Shown: one piece after another, positions 36,371 to 47,058 of the stretch
How positions within the stretch are numbered: position 1 is the first letter of the stretch
Layout of the letters: every line of letters begins with the position of its first letter
Source of the DNA: Dehalococcoidia bacterium
GTDB lineage: Bacteria; Chloroflexota; Dehalococcoidia; Lucifugimonadales; G963668185
Reading direction: 5' to 3'
DNA: 64,000 bases
NCBI GenBank assembly: GCA_963668185.1
Contig: OY764162.1
Coordinates: forward strand, 916,754 to 980,753
Made by a program: the position numbers and the translations under genes
Notes under the pieces: generated by a model
Told to the model about the DNA's origin: nothing
The model's database searches: none
What the model saw: only the letters and a program-made list of their open reading frames with translations

Positions 36371-37648
36371 CTAGAGCGCGCCCTCCTCGCGCGCCTGCGT
36401 GAGCGCGGTCTCGTACGCCACCAGCGTTTGGTCAATGTCCTCGTCCGTGTGCACTGCGGAGAGGATCATCATGTTGGCCCCGCCCCATACGCCCTCGTTG
36501 ATCAGAGCCTGCTGGAGTAGCCTCTGGGCGTCCGCGCTCATGCCCATTCTTCCGGCGCCCACGATCTCACGGTCGCTCTCTTGGTCCGCGCCAAACCTGA
36601 CGTGGACGATCGAAGAAACCCCGTAAGCGCTCGCGGGCACCTCGATCTTGGCGAACAGGTCGTTCAGGCCGGCCTTCAGCCGCTCGGCCTGCGCGTCCGC
36701 GCGCTCGTTGATCGGCTCGTCGGCCACGATCTGCAGCGCCGTCGATCCCGCGGCGGCGGAGAGCGGATTGGCGTTGAACGTGCCGGGGTGCGCGATCTTG
36801 CCGGGCGAGATCATGTCAATCACGTCCGCCCTGCCCGCCACGGCGCCTCCCGGCAGGCCTCCCGCGAGTATCTTGGCCAAGGCGCACAGGTCCGGCGTAA
36901 CGCCGTACCGGTCCTGCATGCCGCCCCTGGCCCATCGGAAGCCGCTCACCACCTCGTCGAAGAACAGCAGAACGCCCTTCCGGCTGGTCAGCTCCCGCAG
37001 GCCCTCGATGAACGAAGGCCCGATGACCACGTCGCCCTGAAAGACGACGGCCGCGATGTCGTCGTCAGCGTCCAGCGTTCGCTCGACCTCGGAGAGGTCG
37101 TACGGCAGGACAACCATCGTCTCCCGCACAGCGACGGGGATCCCGTTGTCAAGATTGTCGCCCGCGGCCCCAACGAACGCGGCGTCGGACCACCCGTGGA
37201 ACGCGCCCTGGAACTTCACGATCTTCCGCTTGCCCGTGAACGCCCTCGCCATGCGCATGCCCATCATGATGGCCTCTGTGCCGGAACTCTGGAATCGCAG
37301 CTTCTCCGCGCACGGCACCAACTGCTTGACGAGCGATCCCCAGCGCATCTCCAACTCCGTGGAGGCGCTCAGATGCGTGCCCCGCTCCATCTGGTCCTGC
37401 ACCGCCTTCACGATAGCCGGGTTGGCCTGGCCGAGGATCATCGCGCCGTGCCCCGTCCGGTAGTCCACGTACTCGTTGCCGTCCACGTCCCACTTCCGGG
37501 AACCCTGCCCCCGGTCCATGTACACGCGGAAGGGGTTCAGCTTCCGGCCATCGTGCGTGACCCCGTCCGGGAAGAGCTCCTCGGCAGTCGAGGACAACTC
37601 CACGGAAGTCGGGTGGAGTTCGTAGAATCTCTCAGTGATCGAAGGCAT
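36371..37648 (-). CDS. Class-III aminotransferase (glutamate-1-semialdehyde aminomutase-like)
   Basis: 425 aa. 'YVDYRTGHGAMILG', 'LLFFDEVVSGFR' and 'PDLCALAKILAGGLPGGA' (PLP Lys). Confidence 0.8.
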   Translation of the reverse strand: MPSITERFYELHPTSVELSSTAEELFPDGVTHDGRKLNPFRVYMDRGQGSRKWDVDGNEYVDYRTGHGAMILGQANPAIVKAVQDQMERGTHLSASTELEMRWGSLVKQLVPCAEKLRFQSSGTEAIMMGMRMARAFTGKRKIVKFQGAFHGWSDAAFVGAAGDNLDNGIPVAVRETMVVLPYDLSEVERTLDADDDIAAVVFQGDVVIGPSFIEGLRELTSRKGVLLFFDEVVSGFRWARGGMQDRYGVTPDLCALAKILAGGLPGGAVAGRADVIDMISPGKIAHPGTFNANPLSAAAGSTALQIVADEPINERADAQAERLKAGLNDLFAKIEVPASAYGVSSIVHVRFGADQESDREIVGAGRMGMSADAQRLLQQALINEGVWGGANMMILSAVHTDEDIDQTLVAYETALTQAREEGAL

Positions 37649-37730
37649 GATCGCTCCTCTTCAGGCAACTCGGCGGCTCCGTGGATTATATTCGAGTCCC
37701 TCCGAGCGTGTCAGGCATTGCAGGGTCGGC

Positions 37731-37844
37731 GTAACTGTTCAGATTTCGTGGGACAGCTGCCTCACTATGCCGTCATACCGGCGAAGGCCGGTATCCAGAG
37801 GTGGGGGCGGGTGGGGTCTCCGCTCCCCAACTCTGAACACTTGC
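37731..37844. mobile_element. MITE-like element, copy 3 (carries a family-A variant hairpin)
   Basis: Ends GTAACTGTTCAGA ... CTGAACACTTGC. The left subterminal GTTCAG-N6-TGGGACAG has the same block structure as the IS481 left IR (3162-3181). Confidence 0.55.
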
Positions 37845-37891
37845 CAGCCCACTCATGGTTCGACAGGCCCGCCACGAGGTGAGATAATCGG

Positions 37892-38866
37892 ATGATGAGA
37901 CTGGTCTCAATCGGCGCGTTTTTGTTGTCGCTGGCCCTGTCGGTTGCGTTCGTGTGGGGCAGCGCAGCTATTCCGCCGGGCGACGTTACCCAGGACAAGG
38001 CGGTGGCGCCGTCCCGCGCGCCTGCCCCTCTCAGCGAAACGGACGACGATCCTGACGGCGACGATGGGCAGGACACTCCGTACACGGACGGCGACGGTTA
38101 CGACACCCCGGACACGGACTACGACGGCGTAGATACGCCTCCGACAGACAACGACGGCATCGACACGCCCACGCCGACGGACAACGACGGCGTGGATACA
38201 CCGTACACAGACTATGACGGCGTAGATACGCCGACCCAAGCTGCCGCCGGAACTTTTCGCGATCTGGACGCGCCGACCGAATGGGCGAACGCGATGGCCG
38301 CCCGAATGGCGAACGCGCTCACCGACAACGACGGCACCGACTCCGACGGCATAGACACCACGGGGCAACTCACGTCCAATGACGGCACTGACTCCGACGG
38401 GATCGATACGACGGGGCAGCTTACGTCCAACGACGGCACTGACTCCGACGGTATAGACACCACGGGGCAACTCACGTCCAATGACGGCACCGACTCCGAT
38501 GGCATAGACACCACGGCGCAACTCACATCCAACGACGGCACGGACTCGGATGGTATAGACACCACGGGGCAGCTTACGTCCAACGACGGCACTGACTCCG
38601 ACGGTATAGACACCACGGCGCAACTCACATCCAACGACGGCACAGACTCCGACGGCATAGATACGACAGGGCAGCTTACGTCCAACGACGGCACAGACTC
38701 CGATGGCATAGACACCACGGGGCAGCTCACGTCCAACGACGGCACAGACTCCGACGGCATAGACACCACGGGGCAACTCACGTCTAACGACGGCACCGAC
38801 TCAGACGGCATAGACACCACGGGGCAACTTACGGATAACAGCGACGACAGTGATGACAGCGACTAG
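37892..38866 (+). CDS. Secreted or membrane-anchored highly acidic repeat protein (Asp-rich, DxDxDG-like Ca-binding-type repeats)
   Basis: Signal/TM 'MMRLVSIGAFLLSLALSVAFVWGSAA'. 'DNDG[IV]DTP' / 'DYDGVDTP' repeats are followed by 10 copies of the 17-aa unit 'TSNDGTDSDGIDTTGQL'. The protein ends 'DNSDDSDDSD'. Confidence 0.75.
   Translation: MMRLVSIGAFLLSLALSVAFVWGSAAIPPGDVTQDKAVAPSRAPAPLSETDDDPDGDDGQDTPYTDGDGYDTPDTDYDGVDTPPTDNDGIDTPTPTDNDGVDTPYTDYDGVDTPTQAAAGTFRDLDAPTEWANAMAARMANALTDNDGTDSDGIDTTGQLTSNDGTDSDGIDTTGQLTSNDGTDSDGIDTTGQLTSNDGTDSDGIDTTAQLTSNDGTDSDGIDTTGQLTSNDGTDSDGIDTTAQLTSNDGTDSDGIDTTGQLTSNDGTDSDGIDTTGQLTSNDGTDSDGIDTTGQLTSNDGTDSDGIDTTGQLTDNSDDSDDSD
38321..38830 (+). repeat. Ten tandem copies of a 51-bp coding repeat
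   Basis: The unit accgacaacgacggcaccgactccgacggcatagacaccacggggcaactc repeats head to tail, with mostly synonymous third-position differences and a G/A (Gly/Ala) switch in copies 4 and 6. Confidence 0.9.
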
Positions 38867-38871
38867 GGGAG

Positions 38872-40092
38872 ATGGTTTCCTCTTCCACGGCCTTATCGCT
38901 GTATCCAGATGTCGCCTTTCCTGACGACCCCGGCCTGGAAGACTTACCGAAGCTCTTCGATTCCGAGTGGATCTGGGAAGCGTATCGGCGCCGGTTCGGA
39001 AGACCTGGCACGGACCCCTATCGCATTCGCGTGCGCCAGTTCGCGCACAGCTTGGGCAGGGTCGCGCTCGTCAGCTACGAGATGGAATGGCCAGCCGACG
39101 AGTACATCCCGTCGGAGCACCTGGCCATCCGGGCCGAGCGCGGCAAGCCTGTGGAGATGTTCAGATACCCGGAGGATCCTCGCCTGCCGGGTTTGAGCGA
39201 GGCGGCGCATCCGGAGACTGTCCTCGAACTCCTGAACAGGCACGTCATGGCAATGCGCGCGCGGCGCGCGGCTGTCGAACTGGTCCGCTACAGGCCGGCC
39301 AGCCGGGCGGTGCTGCGCCACAAGGCGGGGCGAGTGCGGTTCTATGCCCGCGTCATGCGGCCGGACACAGTCGCGCCGTTGCTCGCGGCCCAGGAGCTAA
39401 TCGGGCAGTCCGGGTTCGTTCTGCCCCGGCTCGCGGGGTACTGGAAGGAGGGAGGAGTCGTGTGGTTTTCGGAAATACCCGGCAAGAACATGCGGCAGCG
39501 CATAAGAACCGGAAGACTCCCTGACCCGACTCTACTTCTGGACGGCCTCCAGACGCTGTGGGCTGCGCCTAACGCGCCGGCTGGCGCCCGTCCGTTCAAC
39601 TTGCCGGGGGCGTACCGGCGGGCCAAACGGAGCTTCTCGCACAACGTTCGCGACGGCGGCCCCGCTCTGCGCAGTCTGAAAGACGCCGTCAAGTCGTTGG
39701 ACCCGTTCGTTGGGTCATGGCGTCCGACCAGCGTCGCGCATAATGACTTCTACGACGACCAGATGCTGATCCTGCCCGACGGCAGAATCGCGCTGGTGGA
39801 CTTCGAGGAGGCAGGCCCGGGCGACCCGATGCTGGACGTAGGCAACTTTCTGGCGCACTTGAAATGGGCGTCCTGCTTTGGCCGCAAGAGGCGAAGGGAC
39901 GGAAGCGGCGCATACTACAGCCAATTCCGCCGCGCCGCGCTCGAGCGCCTGCGATGGAACGAAAGGGACCTTGCCTTCCGTGAAGCGGTCTGCCTCTTCA
40001 GGATATGCACCAACACGATTCGTCGCCCACAGGGAGACTGGCGCGACAGGCTCGAAGCCGGTCTATCGCTTGTGAACGAGACGGTGGGATAA
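38872..40092 (+). CDS. Protein-kinase-like phosphotransferase (APH/aminoglycoside phosphotransferase family)
   Basis: Starts 6 nt after the repeat-protein stop. Catalytic-loop-like 'VAHNDFYDDQMLI' (HxDxxxxN-like) and 'LVDFEEAGPGDPMLDVG' (DFE/DxD metal site). Confidence 0.65.
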   Translation: MVSSSTALSLYPDVAFPDDPGLEDLPKLFDSEWIWEAYRRRFGRPGTDPYRIRVRQFAHSLGRVALVSYEMEWPADEYIPSEHLAIRAERGKPVEMFRYPEDPRLPGLSEAAHPETVLELLNRHVMAMRARRAAVELVRYRPASRAVLRHKAGRVRFYARVMRPDTVAPLLAAQELIGQSGFVLPRLAGYWKEGGVVWFSEIPGKNMRQRIRTGRLPDPTLLLDGLQTLWAAPNAPAGARPFNLPGAYRRAKRSFSHNVRDGGPALRSLKDAVKSLDPFVGSWRPTSVAHNDFYDDQMLILPDGRIALVDFEEAGPGDPMLDVGNFLAHLKWASCFGRKRRRDGSGAYYSQFRRAALERLRWNERDLAFREAVCLFRICTNTIRRPQGDWRDRLEAGLSLVNETVG

Positions 40093-40254
40093 ACGACCAC
40101 TCCCACTACCGTTGCGCTGATGCCGAAACAGTCCCCCACAAGCGCGTTTCCTTGACTGGAAAAACCGGCGGTGTTTAACATCACCGTCGTTTGCGAGGCA
40201 AAGTCCGCATACCGGCGGCGGGGGCCGTTGGCAGGCAAATAGCTCGGGTCGATT

Positions 40255-41143
40255 ATGTACTTCGTGCGACTGGTGCTCTTCTGCGCCGACGTTTTCAACG
40301 ACTACCTACACAAGAACTGCCCGCACATCGCGGGCGCGATCGCCTTGTACACCCTGTTCTCCCTGTTTCCGCTGATACTTGCGATCATCTCCGTCACGGG
40401 CTTCTTCCTGGGAGACGAACTGGACAGGGCCGACCTTGCGATGGACATTGCCGAGGTCATCCCGGTTTCCAATGCGCTGATCAGCGAAACGATCGAAGGC
40501 ATCGTGCGGGCCAGGACGATCACGAGCGTGTTCAGCATTCTGGGCCTCCTCTGGGCCTCTACCGCCGCCTTTGCTGCGATTCGTAAGGGAATAAACCATG
40601 CTTGGGGCATTACCAGGACGCGGCCGTTTCTAAAGGAACGCGTCATAGACCTGTCGCTGGTATGCGGGGCGGGAGTGCTGGTTTTGATGGTGCTGTTCAC
40701 CGGCCCACTGTTCAACGCCCTCAGGGATATCGCCGGCACCCTGGCACCCGACTACGAGATCGCGGGCACCTACATCTGGGGACGGACGGCTACATTCTCC
40801 ATGCCGGTGTTCTCCTTCCTTACCTTCTTGATCCTGTACAGGTACCTGCCGAACACACGGCTCGAGATGAGACAGGTCTGGCTCTGTGCGCTTGCGGCCT
40901 CGATCTGCTTCGACGTGGTCACGTGGGGATTCGTCTGGTACATAAGCCAGATCGCCGTTTACAACGCCGTGTACGGATCCATCGGCGCGGTGCTGGTCTT
41001 ATTGACCTGGGTATATGTGTCGGCTATCATCATGTTGTTCGGGGCCTTGGTCACGTCCAGGTACGCGGCGGCGGCTCGGAACGACAAGAACGGGAAGGCC
41101 TTCGGTATCGTCTGGAACGGCCTCTCGCGTGTTAGGCTTCGGG

Positions 41144-41172
<29 letters not shown>
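40255..41172 (+). CDS. YihY/BrkB-family inner-membrane protein
   Basis: 305 aa, polytopic. 'AGAIALYTLFSLFPLIL', 'INHAWG' and 'GSIGAVLVLLTWVYVSAIIMLFGA' are typical of the YihY/virulence factor BrkB family. Confidence 0.75.
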
Positions 41173-42286
<1,114 letters not shown>

Positions 42287-42287
42287 G

Positions 42288-45200
42288 TCAGGCCCTCACC
42301 ACGCCGAGCACCGTTTCCTCCCCGTCGATCGTGTGCGCCTCCCGGTAGCAATCGCCGGCGGGCGCGTCCTCGACCAGCCGCTCCGACAGAGTCTCCCCGC
42401 GGACGTAATCGCCGTGCCTCTCCATCACGGCGCGCACATCGGCTGAGCCGCTGTAGTACGTGACTATGCGGTCCGCGATGTCGAACCCGGCGGAACGGCG
42501 CATGTTCTGGATCCGGTGCACCACCTCGCGCGCAAGTCCCTCAGCCTCAAGCTCCGGCGTGACCTCGGTCTCCACCGCCACCATGTACCCGGCCTCGCTC
42601 GAAACCGAGTAGCCGGCCCTGTCCGACGTCTCCACCAGGACCTCGTCCGGCTCCAGCGCATACTCGCCCGCCTGGACCGTCCTCCCCTCGCTCACCGCCG
42701 CGCTGACCTCGGCGGGATCGAGCGCGGCCAGCGCAGAAGTAATGTCGCGGACTCCTCTGCCGTACTTGGGGCCGAGCGCCGCGAGGTTGGGACGCACCTC
42801 GTAGGAGAGCATCTCGCCCTCGTCCCCGGCCACGGCCAACTCCTTGACGTTGATTTCGTCCCTTATCTGCCCGCCGATCTCGGAGAGCATGTCGGACTCG
42901 CGCGGGTCCCTCACCTTCACCACGGCGCGCGCCAACGGCTGCCGGACCTTGAGCGACGCCCGGCTCCTGGCGGCCCTGCCGAGGCTGGACAGTCGCATCG
43001 CGAGCCTCGTCGCGTCGGCAAGCCGCTCATCGACCTTGGAAGCGTCCGGCTCCGGGTAAGACTCCAGGTGCACGCTCTCCTCTCCGCTGCCGGTGGACCG
43101 GACGAGGTTCTGGTGCATCTCCTCCGCCATGAACGGGACTATCGGGGCCAGCAGCCTGCTCAGCGTCACCAGGCACTCGTACAGCGTGTGGTAGGCGGAC
43201 AGCTTGTCGGCGTCCGCCGCGCCGTTCGACCCTCCGACCACGCCCGCCTTCCAGAAGCGTCTCCGGCTGCGCCGCACGTACCAGTTGGACAGCCGCTCCA
43301 CGAAGTCCTCCGCGGCGCGGGCCGCCCTCTCAGGCTCCAGGCCGTCCAGCGCGGCGCGCATGTCCGCCGTAAGCGCGTTCAGCTCCGAGACGATCCACCT
43401 GTCCAGTTCCGGCCTGTCCGCGTGCGGCGGCGCGTCTCCCGCCGACTCCGGTGAGAACCGGTCGATGTTCGCATACGTGACGAAGAACGAGTACACGTTC
43501 CACAGCGGGATGATGAACTTGCGCCGCACGTCGTCCGCGACGCCGTAGCCGAAGTTCAGGTTCGCCGCCGGGTTCTGTCGCGCATACATCCAACGCATCG
43601 TGTCCACGCCCATGCGGTCCGCCGCCTCCTCGAACATGATGGCGTTGCCCTTGCTCTTGTGCATCTCGTCGCCGCTCTCGTCGCGCATCGTCGCGTAGCT
43701 GAAGATCGAGCGGCACGGCTCCCTGTCCTCAAGCACCGTGCTCATCGTGAGCAGCGAGTAGAACCAGTTCCGGAACTGGCCCGGAAAGCTCTCCGAGATC
43801 CAGTCCGCCGGGTACCAGTCGGCCCAGTAGTCCTTGTCGTGCCGGTAGCCGAGCGTCGAAAAGCTCACGATGCCCGCGTCCAGCCACGGGTTGCCCACGT
43901 CCTTGATGCGAGGCACGGAGGCGCCGCACCTCTCGCAAGCGATGCGCACCGCGTCGATCCACGGACGGTGCGGCGAGTGTCCCTCGAACGCGTCCCAGCC
44001 CTCGATTGCGCGCTCCTCGAGCTCCGTCTCGCTGCCGATCACCTCGAAGTGACCGCAGCCGCACTTGAAGATCGGCAGCGCCAGGCCCCAGTAGCGTTTC
44101 TTGGAGATCATCCAGTCCCGCATGTTCCTGAGCCAGTCCAACTCCCGTTCCATCCCGAACCCCGGCACCCACTTGATGCGCCGCGTTACGTCCGAGATCC
44201 GATCGCGCAGCCCGTCCATCGAGATGAACCACTCGTCCACCAGCCTGAAGACCAGCTCCGAGCCGCACCGCCAGCAGAACGGGTACCTGTGGGAGTAGTC
44301 CTCCAGGTGGTACAGGACGCCCTTCTCCCTCAGATCCGCGTAGATGGGATCGTTGACCTCATAAACGTTCATGCCCGACAGCCAGCCGAAGCCGTCCATG
44401 AAGTCCCCGTACTCGTCGAGCGGCGCCAGCGCGGGCAGGCCGAGCTCGTTGCCCAGCGCGAAGTCCTCCTGTCCTGAACCCGGCGCGACGTGCACGAACC
44501 CCGTGCCCTCGCTCTCCGTGACCTCGTCCCACTCCACCACCCTGTGCTCCGCGCCCGCCTGGGCCGGCAACTCGTCGAACGGCGCCCGGTAGCGCAGTCC
44601 GACCAGCTCCTTGCCCGGCATCTCCTCCAGTACCGTGTGCTCTCCGCGTATGACCGGTTTGCACGCCTTCGCCACGTACAGGACCTCGTCCCCGGCCTGC
44701 ACCTTCAGGTATCGCAGTTCCGGATGCACCGCCGCCGCCATGTTTCCGGGCAGCGTCCACGGCGTCGTCGTCCAGATCAGTATCGACTCGTTCTCCCGGT
44801 CCAGCAGCGGGAGCCGCACGAACAGGCCGGGGTGCACCACCTCCTGGTAGCCCTCCGTCACGATCTCGTGCTGCGAAAGCCCCGTCCCGCACCTCGGGCA
44901 CCACGGCATGACGTCCGTGCCCTCGTAGATCCAGCCCTCCTCGTGGCACCTCTTCAGAAAATGCCAGATCGTGTAGTTGTTCTCGTCCGACATCGTGTGG
45001 TACGAGTTGTCCCAGTCCATCCAGTAGCCAAGCCGCACCGACTGGTCCGTCTGCACCTTAGAAAACCGCCGGACGCGCTCCTTGCACAGCTCCACGAACC
45101 TGTCGATGCCGAACGCCTCGATGTCGCGCTTCGACCCGAAGTTAAGCTCCTTCTCCACCTCCACCTCGATCCACAGGCCCTGCCCGTCGAAGCCGTTCTG

Positions 45201-45446
45201 GTAGCGCTGCCTGTACCCCAGCATCGTCTTGTAACGCTGGAACAAGTCCTTGTACGTGCGCCCCCATGCGTGGTGCACGCCCATAGGGTTGTTCGCCGTA
45301 ATTGGGCCGTCTATGAAGGAGAACCGCCTGTCTGACGACTCGTTGCGCTCCATGTAGCGCCGAACGATGTCGTTCTCCTCCCACCACTGGAGCGTCCTCT
45401 TCTCCTGCTCCGGGAAATCCACCTTCGAACTGACCGGTCTGAACAT
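42288..45446 (-). CDS. ileS: Isoleucine--tRNA ligase
   Basis: 1052 aa. 'PMGVHHAWGRTYKD' (HIGH-type) and 'KSKGN' (KMSKS-type 'MHKSKGNAI'), with the editing-domain architecture of type-2 IleRS. Confidence 0.95.
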   Translation of the reverse strand: MFRPVSSKVDFPEQEKRTLQWWEENDIVRRYMERNESSDRRFSFIDGPITANNPMGVHHAWGRTYKDLFQRYKTMLGYRQRYQNGFDGQGLWIEVEVEKELNFGSKRDIEAFGIDRFVELCKERVRRFSKVQTDQSVRLGYWMDWDNSYHTMSDENNYTIWHFLKRCHEEGWIYEGTDVMPWCPRCGTGLSQHEIVTEGYQEVVHPGLFVRLPLLDRENESILIWTTTPWTLPGNMAAAVHPELRYLKVQAGDEVLYVAKACKPVIRGEHTVLEEMPGKELVGLRYRAPFDELPAQAGAEHRVVEWDEVTESEGTGFVHVAPGSGQEDFALGNELGLPALAPLDEYGDFMDGFGWLSGMNVYEVNDPIYADLREKGVLYHLEDYSHRYPFCWRCGSELVFRLVDEWFISMDGLRDRISDVTRRIKWVPGFGMERELDWLRNMRDWMISKKRYWGLALPIFKCGCGHFEVIGSETELEERAIEGWDAFEGHSPHRPWIDAVRIACERCGASVPRIKDVGNPWLDAGIVSFSTLGYRHDKDYWADWYPADWISESFPGQFRNWFYSLLTMSTVLEDREPCRSIFSYATMRDESGDEMHKSKGNAIMFEEAADRMGVDTMRWMYARQNPAANLNFGYGVADDVRRKFIIPLWNVYSFFVTYANIDRFSPESAGDAPPHADRPELDRWIVSELNALTADMRAALDGLEPERAARAAEDFVERLSNWYVRRSRRRFWKAGVVGGSNGAADADKLSAYHTLYECLVTLSRLLAPIVPFMAEEMHQNLVRSTGSGEESVHLESYPEPDASKVDERLADATRLAMRLSSLGRAARSRASLKVRQPLARAVVKVRDPRESDMLSEIGGQIRDEINVKELAVAGDEGEMLSYEVRPNLAALGPKYGRGVRDITSALAALDPAEVSAAVSEGRTVQAGEYALEPDEVLVETSDRAGYSVSSEAGYMVAVETEVTPELEAEGLAREVVHRIQNMRRSAGFDIADRIVTYYSGSADVRAVMERHGDYVRGETLSERLVEDAPAGDCYREAHTIDGEETVLGVVRA

Positions 45447-45530
45447 GTCTGCTTCCTCACACTTCTGTGACTGTTGTTATCTATCGTTCTGCGGCGCCGG
45501 CCCCTGGAGTTCCTGCCAAAGTCTCCCGCA

Positions 45531-45565
45531 AAGAAAAACTCCCGTCCCAAATCAAGGGACGGGAG
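45531..45565 (-). terminator. Intrinsic terminator of the T-box leader
   Basis: Minus strand CTCCCGTCCC-ttgattt-GGGACGGGAG (perfect 10-bp stem) followed by TTTTTCTTT, about 85 nt upstream of the ileS ATG. Confidence 0.8.
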
Positions 45566-45885
45566 CCTGATCGACGCTTCCGCTATCAGGTATGCCGCGG
45601 TACCACCCTAGTTCCCCGAAGGCTCCGTCCGCGAAGACGCGCGAAACCGCCGGGACACTCGTTGCTGGCGCTCACCAGGAACGCCGCGCCCGTGTAACGT
45701 CGGACGAGTCCGGCGCGCCCTACTCGCGCCATCAGGCGCTTTCGGACGGCCGAGGGCCGGGGCCGCTCAGCCTGCGCGCAGCTCGGGAGTGATGCGCCCG
45801 GGGCCGTTCCGCATCCCCTCTCACCAGCTTGGGACTCGCTGCCCGGCCGGTACCCCTGCGCCTGTCTCCGTCTTCGCTTTGAATT
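45531..45885 (-). promoter_or_regulatory. T-box riboswitch leader (Ile) of ileS
   Basis: Minus strand carries the T-box sequence aacuAGGGUGGUACCGCGgcau (plus 45591-45612, core at 45596-45609). A GGUGAGA distal-stem-I-like motif is present. AUCA (candidate Ile specifier AUC, plus 45791-45793) is the only AUC in the stem-I region. A terminator follows. Confidence 0.8.
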
Positions 45886-45963
45886 AAGCGTAGGGTTGGC
45901 AGCATCACCTGTCAAGTGCTAGTATGTTAGCTCTACACCATTGACTTGCGAGGTAGCGTCGAA

Positions 45964-47058
45964 ATGACGGAATTTCACGAAGAGGCAGCTCTAGAGGAAC
46001 CTGAAGGCATTGGAGACGATGATGGAAGCCCCGGAAGTGATTATCCGCTCAACAATGTGCTGATCAGAAATGAAAGCCGTACTGTCTACGATGTGCTGCG
46101 AAGGATTGGGCAAGGACAGTACATAATGGACCCAGATTTCCAGCGGGACTTTGTCTGGGACGATGCTCAGCAGAGCAAATTGATTGAGTCTGTATTGATG
46201 AGGATACCTCTACCAGTTCTTTACCTCGCTGAAGATCAAGATGGGAAGATGATTGTGGTCGATGGCCTACAGCGTCTATCAACCTTTCGAAGATTCGTAA
46301 ATGGCGATCTACGGCTCAGATTGCGCGAACAGTCTAACTTGAATGGAAAGCGGTTCGACGACCTAACTCCTGGACTCCAGAATCGTATCGAAGACTGCAA
46401 TCTCATTCTGTACGTTATTGACGCTCAAGTCCCGGAGCGTGCTAGGTTAGACATTTTCGAGAGAGTTAACAGTGGGGTTGCGTTAACACGTCAGCAGATG
46501 AGGAACTCATTGTACAACGGACAAGCCACACGATGGCTCAGGAAAGAAACAGAAACAGACTTGTTTGTCGATTCGACTGGAAGAAGTTTGCGCAGCGATA
46601 CGATGCGCGACCGCGAGTTCGTCAACAGGTTCTGCGCCTTTCATATTTTCCCCCTCGAACGGTACCGTGGAGAGATGGACGAATTCCTAGCAGATGCTCT
46701 CATACGTATGAACTGCATGGACGATCAGGAACTTGACGAACTCTCGTCATTGTTTCAAAAAGGACTCGAGAACAATCTCGAAGTGTTTGGACGCCACGCT
46801 TTTCGAAAGCGTCAGAGAAACCAAGAACATCGAAGCGTAATCAACGCCTCACTATGGGATGTGATGGTCACTGGTCTATCCTGTATTGACGCCCATGTGG
46901 TGGCATCTCGTGCTGACGCTCTCCAGGAAGGCTTCTATCAGCTAATGGAGGACGAAGACTTTATAGCAGCCATTACCTACGGAACCAATGCGACGAGACG
47001 TGTGATTGACCGCTTCCGAATGGCTCAGGTCTTGTTTGAAGAAGTTTACAATGCTTAA
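45964..47058 (+). CDS. DUF262 (ParB/Srx-like, GmrSD N-terminal type) domain protein
   Basis: 'YIMDPDFQRDFVWDDAQQSKLIESVLMRIPLPVLYL...IVVDGLQRLSTF' (DGQQR-type motif) and 'IFERVNSGVALTRQQMRN'. ATG at 45964 is preferred (GAGGT upstream). AT-rich codon usage. Confidence 0.75.
   Translation: MTEFHEEAALEEPEGIGDDDGSPGSDYPLNNVLIRNESRTVYDVLRRIGQGQYIMDPDFQRDFVWDDAQQSKLIESVLMRIPLPVLYLAEDQDGKMIVVDGLQRLSTFRRFVNGDLRLRLREQSNLNGKRFDDLTPGLQNRIEDCNLILYVIDAQVPERARLDIFERVNSGVALTRQQMRNSLYNGQATRWLRKETETDLFVDSTGRSLRSDTMRDREFVNRFCAFHIFPLERYRGEMDEFLADALIRMNCMDDQELDELSSLFQKGLENNLEVFGRHAFRKRQRNQEHRSVINASLWDVMVTGLSCIDAHVVASRADALQEGFYQLMEDEDFIAAITYGTNATRRVIDRFRMAQVLFEEVYNA

Noticed and set aside
37907-38820. 289-aa and 202-aa minus-strand ORFs with their own striking repeats
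   Set aside because: They are antisense readings of the 51-bp tandem repeat. The plus-strand frame has a signal peptide, a start context and a sensible acidic repeat, and it is followed by an operonic gene.
38321-38830. 51-bp tandem repeats considered as CRISPR or satellite
   Set aside because: They are head-to-tail with no spacers, in frame within a long ORF, and variation is concentrated at synonymous positions. This is a coding repeat.
41015-41143. Upstream part of the HtrA-like ORF (track start 41015)
   Set aside because: It overlaps the 3' end of the YihY-family gene by 158 nt in another frame and precedes the signal-peptide-like segment. A later TTG start is more plausible, though uncertain.
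45586-45915. 109-aa minus-strand ORF upstream of ileS
   Set aside because: It coincides with the T-box leader (conserved T-box sequence, terminator). It is non-coding RNA structure rather than a protein.
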